Positions 62,101 to 64,000 of a stretch of DNA of 64,000 nucleotides are shown here, in pieces (position 1 is the stretch's first letter; each line of letters begins with the position of its first letter). A model generated the notes under the pieces. The model ran no database searches. It worked only from the letters and a program-made list of their open reading frames with translations, and was not told the DNA's origin. The translations under genes and the position numbers were made by a program. Source of the DNA: Paraspadella gotoi (lineage: Eukaryota > Animalia > Chaetognatha); assembly GCA_051294375.1 (NCBI GenBank), contig CM119269.1, positions 8,629,619 to 8,693,618 on the forward strand, written 5' to 3'.

Positions 62101-63797
62101 AAGGAGAGAGCGCGAGAAGGAGGAATGGTGCGAGGTAGGAGAATGGTTTGAGATGGTGGGTATGGGGGAGGAAGGAGAGAAGAGAGAGCGGCAGTGGAGG
62201 AAGGTATAGGGAGAGGAGAAGTTGGAGATTGGATGGGATGGGCGGGGAGGGAAGGGAGGGGATCGCACGCAGAGGAGAGATCGGAGAGGTGCAGGGTAGG
62301 GAGTGGAGAGGAGAAGTTTGTGATGATCGCGTGGTGCATGAGGGGGAGGTGAGATGCGGAGTGGAGTCCCCAGGGAAAGAACATGAGACAGAGAGAACAG
62401 AGAGAGAGAGAGAGAGAGAGGGGAAGGGAGGAAGGCTGCGAGTAGGACGTTGCGATGATGGTTGGGCTTTGAAGGCTGATGGCGAGGGAGCGGGAGGAAT
62501 GATAGAAGAAGATAGGGAGGAAGGTAGAGAAGGAGGGAGGGGGAGAGATATTTATATTGAAAAAAGAAAATGCGAGTTTTAGGCAAGTGCTTTAAACTGG
62601 CCTAAAAAGCTACCTTATCTTATCATTTGTAAGTTCTTGAGTTTTCATAAATGGTACTGAACAACAATTCTAATTTTCCAGTGGACAATAAGCTTGGGAT
62701 TTTTATAACTCACAATTTACAAGCGAACATTTTTGTAGGAAACTCGATCACAGAGAGAGAGAGGAGCTGGGTTGGGGGGGAGGGAGAGAGAGAGGAAGGG
62801 AGAAAGACACATTAACAGACTGACTGACAGACAGAAAGAAAGTCACGGATAAAAAAGTTAAAAAGATAAAGAAATAACAGTTAGCAATCGAGATAAAAAT
62901 GGATAATCTCTCAATATTTATTATTTATAATTTATTTCTTTATTTATGCATTTGTTTATTTATTCATATAGTGTGGTCGCCGAAGACAAACCCTACATTC
63001 GGCTGAGAGCGATTCATGGACATCGCAAGACCGACTCTATTTCCGAAAACGAAACCGACCACGAGACCGATTACTCCATCGTCCACGCCCCTCCCACCGC
63101 CACGCCCCCTGACGACTTCCGTCACGCCCTCCGTTCCCGTCTCATCCTCGTCTCTCTCGTAGTCGCGGGTCTAACGTGGAGCGTCCAAAACTTGGCGCTC
63201 ATCGGCGTCACATTTTCCTACGGGACTTTGGCCGGAAGCCGCTACGTCAACTTCAGCCTCTTGCAACTGGCGAGTGTTGGCGGAGTGTTGACGCAATGTG
63301 AACGTGTTTTATAATATTTAATGAAATTGAAGAAAAATTTTAAATTCTAAATTTTCAATAATTAATATAAGTTCCTTCGTTGATAATATAATAGAATCGA
63401 ATTTTATCCTTTCATTAAAATCAAGTTCATTGTAAATAGTAAATTACCTTAAAAAAATGTTGTTCCTTTTTTTTTAAATTCTATAAAATGAAGTTGGTTA
63501 AATATAAGAAAACATGATATTTTGTAATTTTAATTTCTATTAAACAACCGCGACTTCCCTCAATAGGCGAGCCTTCCGTCGCGCGTTGTCGGATTCCTCG
63601 GCTGCCGATTTCTCTCCCGGAGATTCTCCATCTTCCTCGGTCTCTGCCTCGTCGGCGCAGCGTTCTTGGTCGTCGCAGCAGCACGCAGCGTTCTCGGCGA
63701 CGTCGACGCGGCAGCGCCGGAGCTGCGGCGCGTCGTCAGCGTCTTTATCAACATCGCGGTGGCGATTTCGTACAGGCCGTTCGGACTGTGGCTGCAG
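56138..63797 (+). CDS. SLC22 family (organic cation/anion) MFS transporter; exons 56138-56667, 57435-57486, 57651-57739, 57984-about 58183, 62972-63269, 63567-63797; continues beyond the window
   Basis: Motifs SMASEWNLVCDR, GILSDKFGR, R|FILG, CETFS..R, SWR.L, LPESPPWLIKKGRTEEA and GSRYVNF. Splice phases are compatible. Indel errors occur in exon 4. Confidence 0.88.
57044..57083 (-). pseudogene. 3' half of a tRNA-Leu (variable arm, T arm, acceptor strand)
   Basis: The reverse complement agtctcttcggaggcgtgggttcgaatctcaccgctgcca matches the conserved 3' half of eukaryotic tRNA-Leu. The 5' half is absent. Confidence 0.75.
57191..57299. repeat. Inverted repeat with about 38-bp arms enclosing a hammerhead 3'-half remnant
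   Basis: ttgtagagattttattttcatttaaacaacgagttaa pairs with ttaactcgttgtttaaatgaaaataaaatctctacaa. The loop contains ggacatgtttcg (minus strand CGAAACATGTCC). Confidence 0.7.
58090..62560 (+). repeat. Purine-rich tandem array derived from the 3' half of SLC22 exon 4 plus its donor site (about 170-bp units, then shorter units)
   Basis: Repeated aaggaaggacggaagaggcgaaggagattctgcgggaaatcgcaaggacgagagggaggaaggtggaggaggagaagttggagag-gtggg, encoding KGRTEEAKEILREIARTRGRKVEEEKLER. Confidence 0.8.
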
Positions 63798-64000
63798 GTG
63801 CTTGGGAGGTCCTTGGTCCGAGTATAGGCCCATGGGGTGATACGCCAGGAGTTAAGGGTAATAATTGGTCTAATTCTATTCCATTAAGCCATTATTCCTC
63901 AAACTGGATTAACTCTAGTACAAATTGATCGAATTAGCAATAATTTTCGTTATTGTAAACACATTTTGCGTTTTAAGTATTTAAAATTAGCTTCTTATTA

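Noticed and set aside
58023-62586. Long ORFs (456, 860, 341 aa and others) on both strands
   Set aside because: Artefacts of a purine/pyrimidine-skewed tandem array that lacks stop codons. The translations are low-complexity.

Overview
AT-rich, intron-containing invertebrate-animal-type genomic DNA from a draft assembly. It has four N gaps, many (GA/CT)n tracts, and visibly error-prone sequence at about 35-39 kb and 58-62.5 kb. Spliced genes that can be reconstructed by eye: the 3' end of a single-pass membrane protein, an unknown minus-strand gene, a secreted Cys-rich knottin-like prepropeptide, a rhodopsin-class peptide GPCR, a 9-exon patatin phospholipase-TPR protein and an SLC22-type transporter. 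Mobile DNA includes a BEL/Pao LTR retrotransposon with an extra ORF, foldback MITEs and a Penelope-type minimal hammerhead ribozyme. The main observation is three different small non-coding repeat families that each carry a circularly permuted (type-P5) twister ribozyme. The pseudoknot bases co-vary between families, and P1 is reduced to a loop-less 6-nt palindrome. One family is a miniature LTR element (TG..CA LTRs, PBS, PPT) with the twister in both LTRs, predicting a 422-nt monomer. Another forms 323-nt tandem and permuted copies. Together they suggest twister-based retrozymes that may cleave as dimers. All structures were assigned by eye; nothing was computed or searched.
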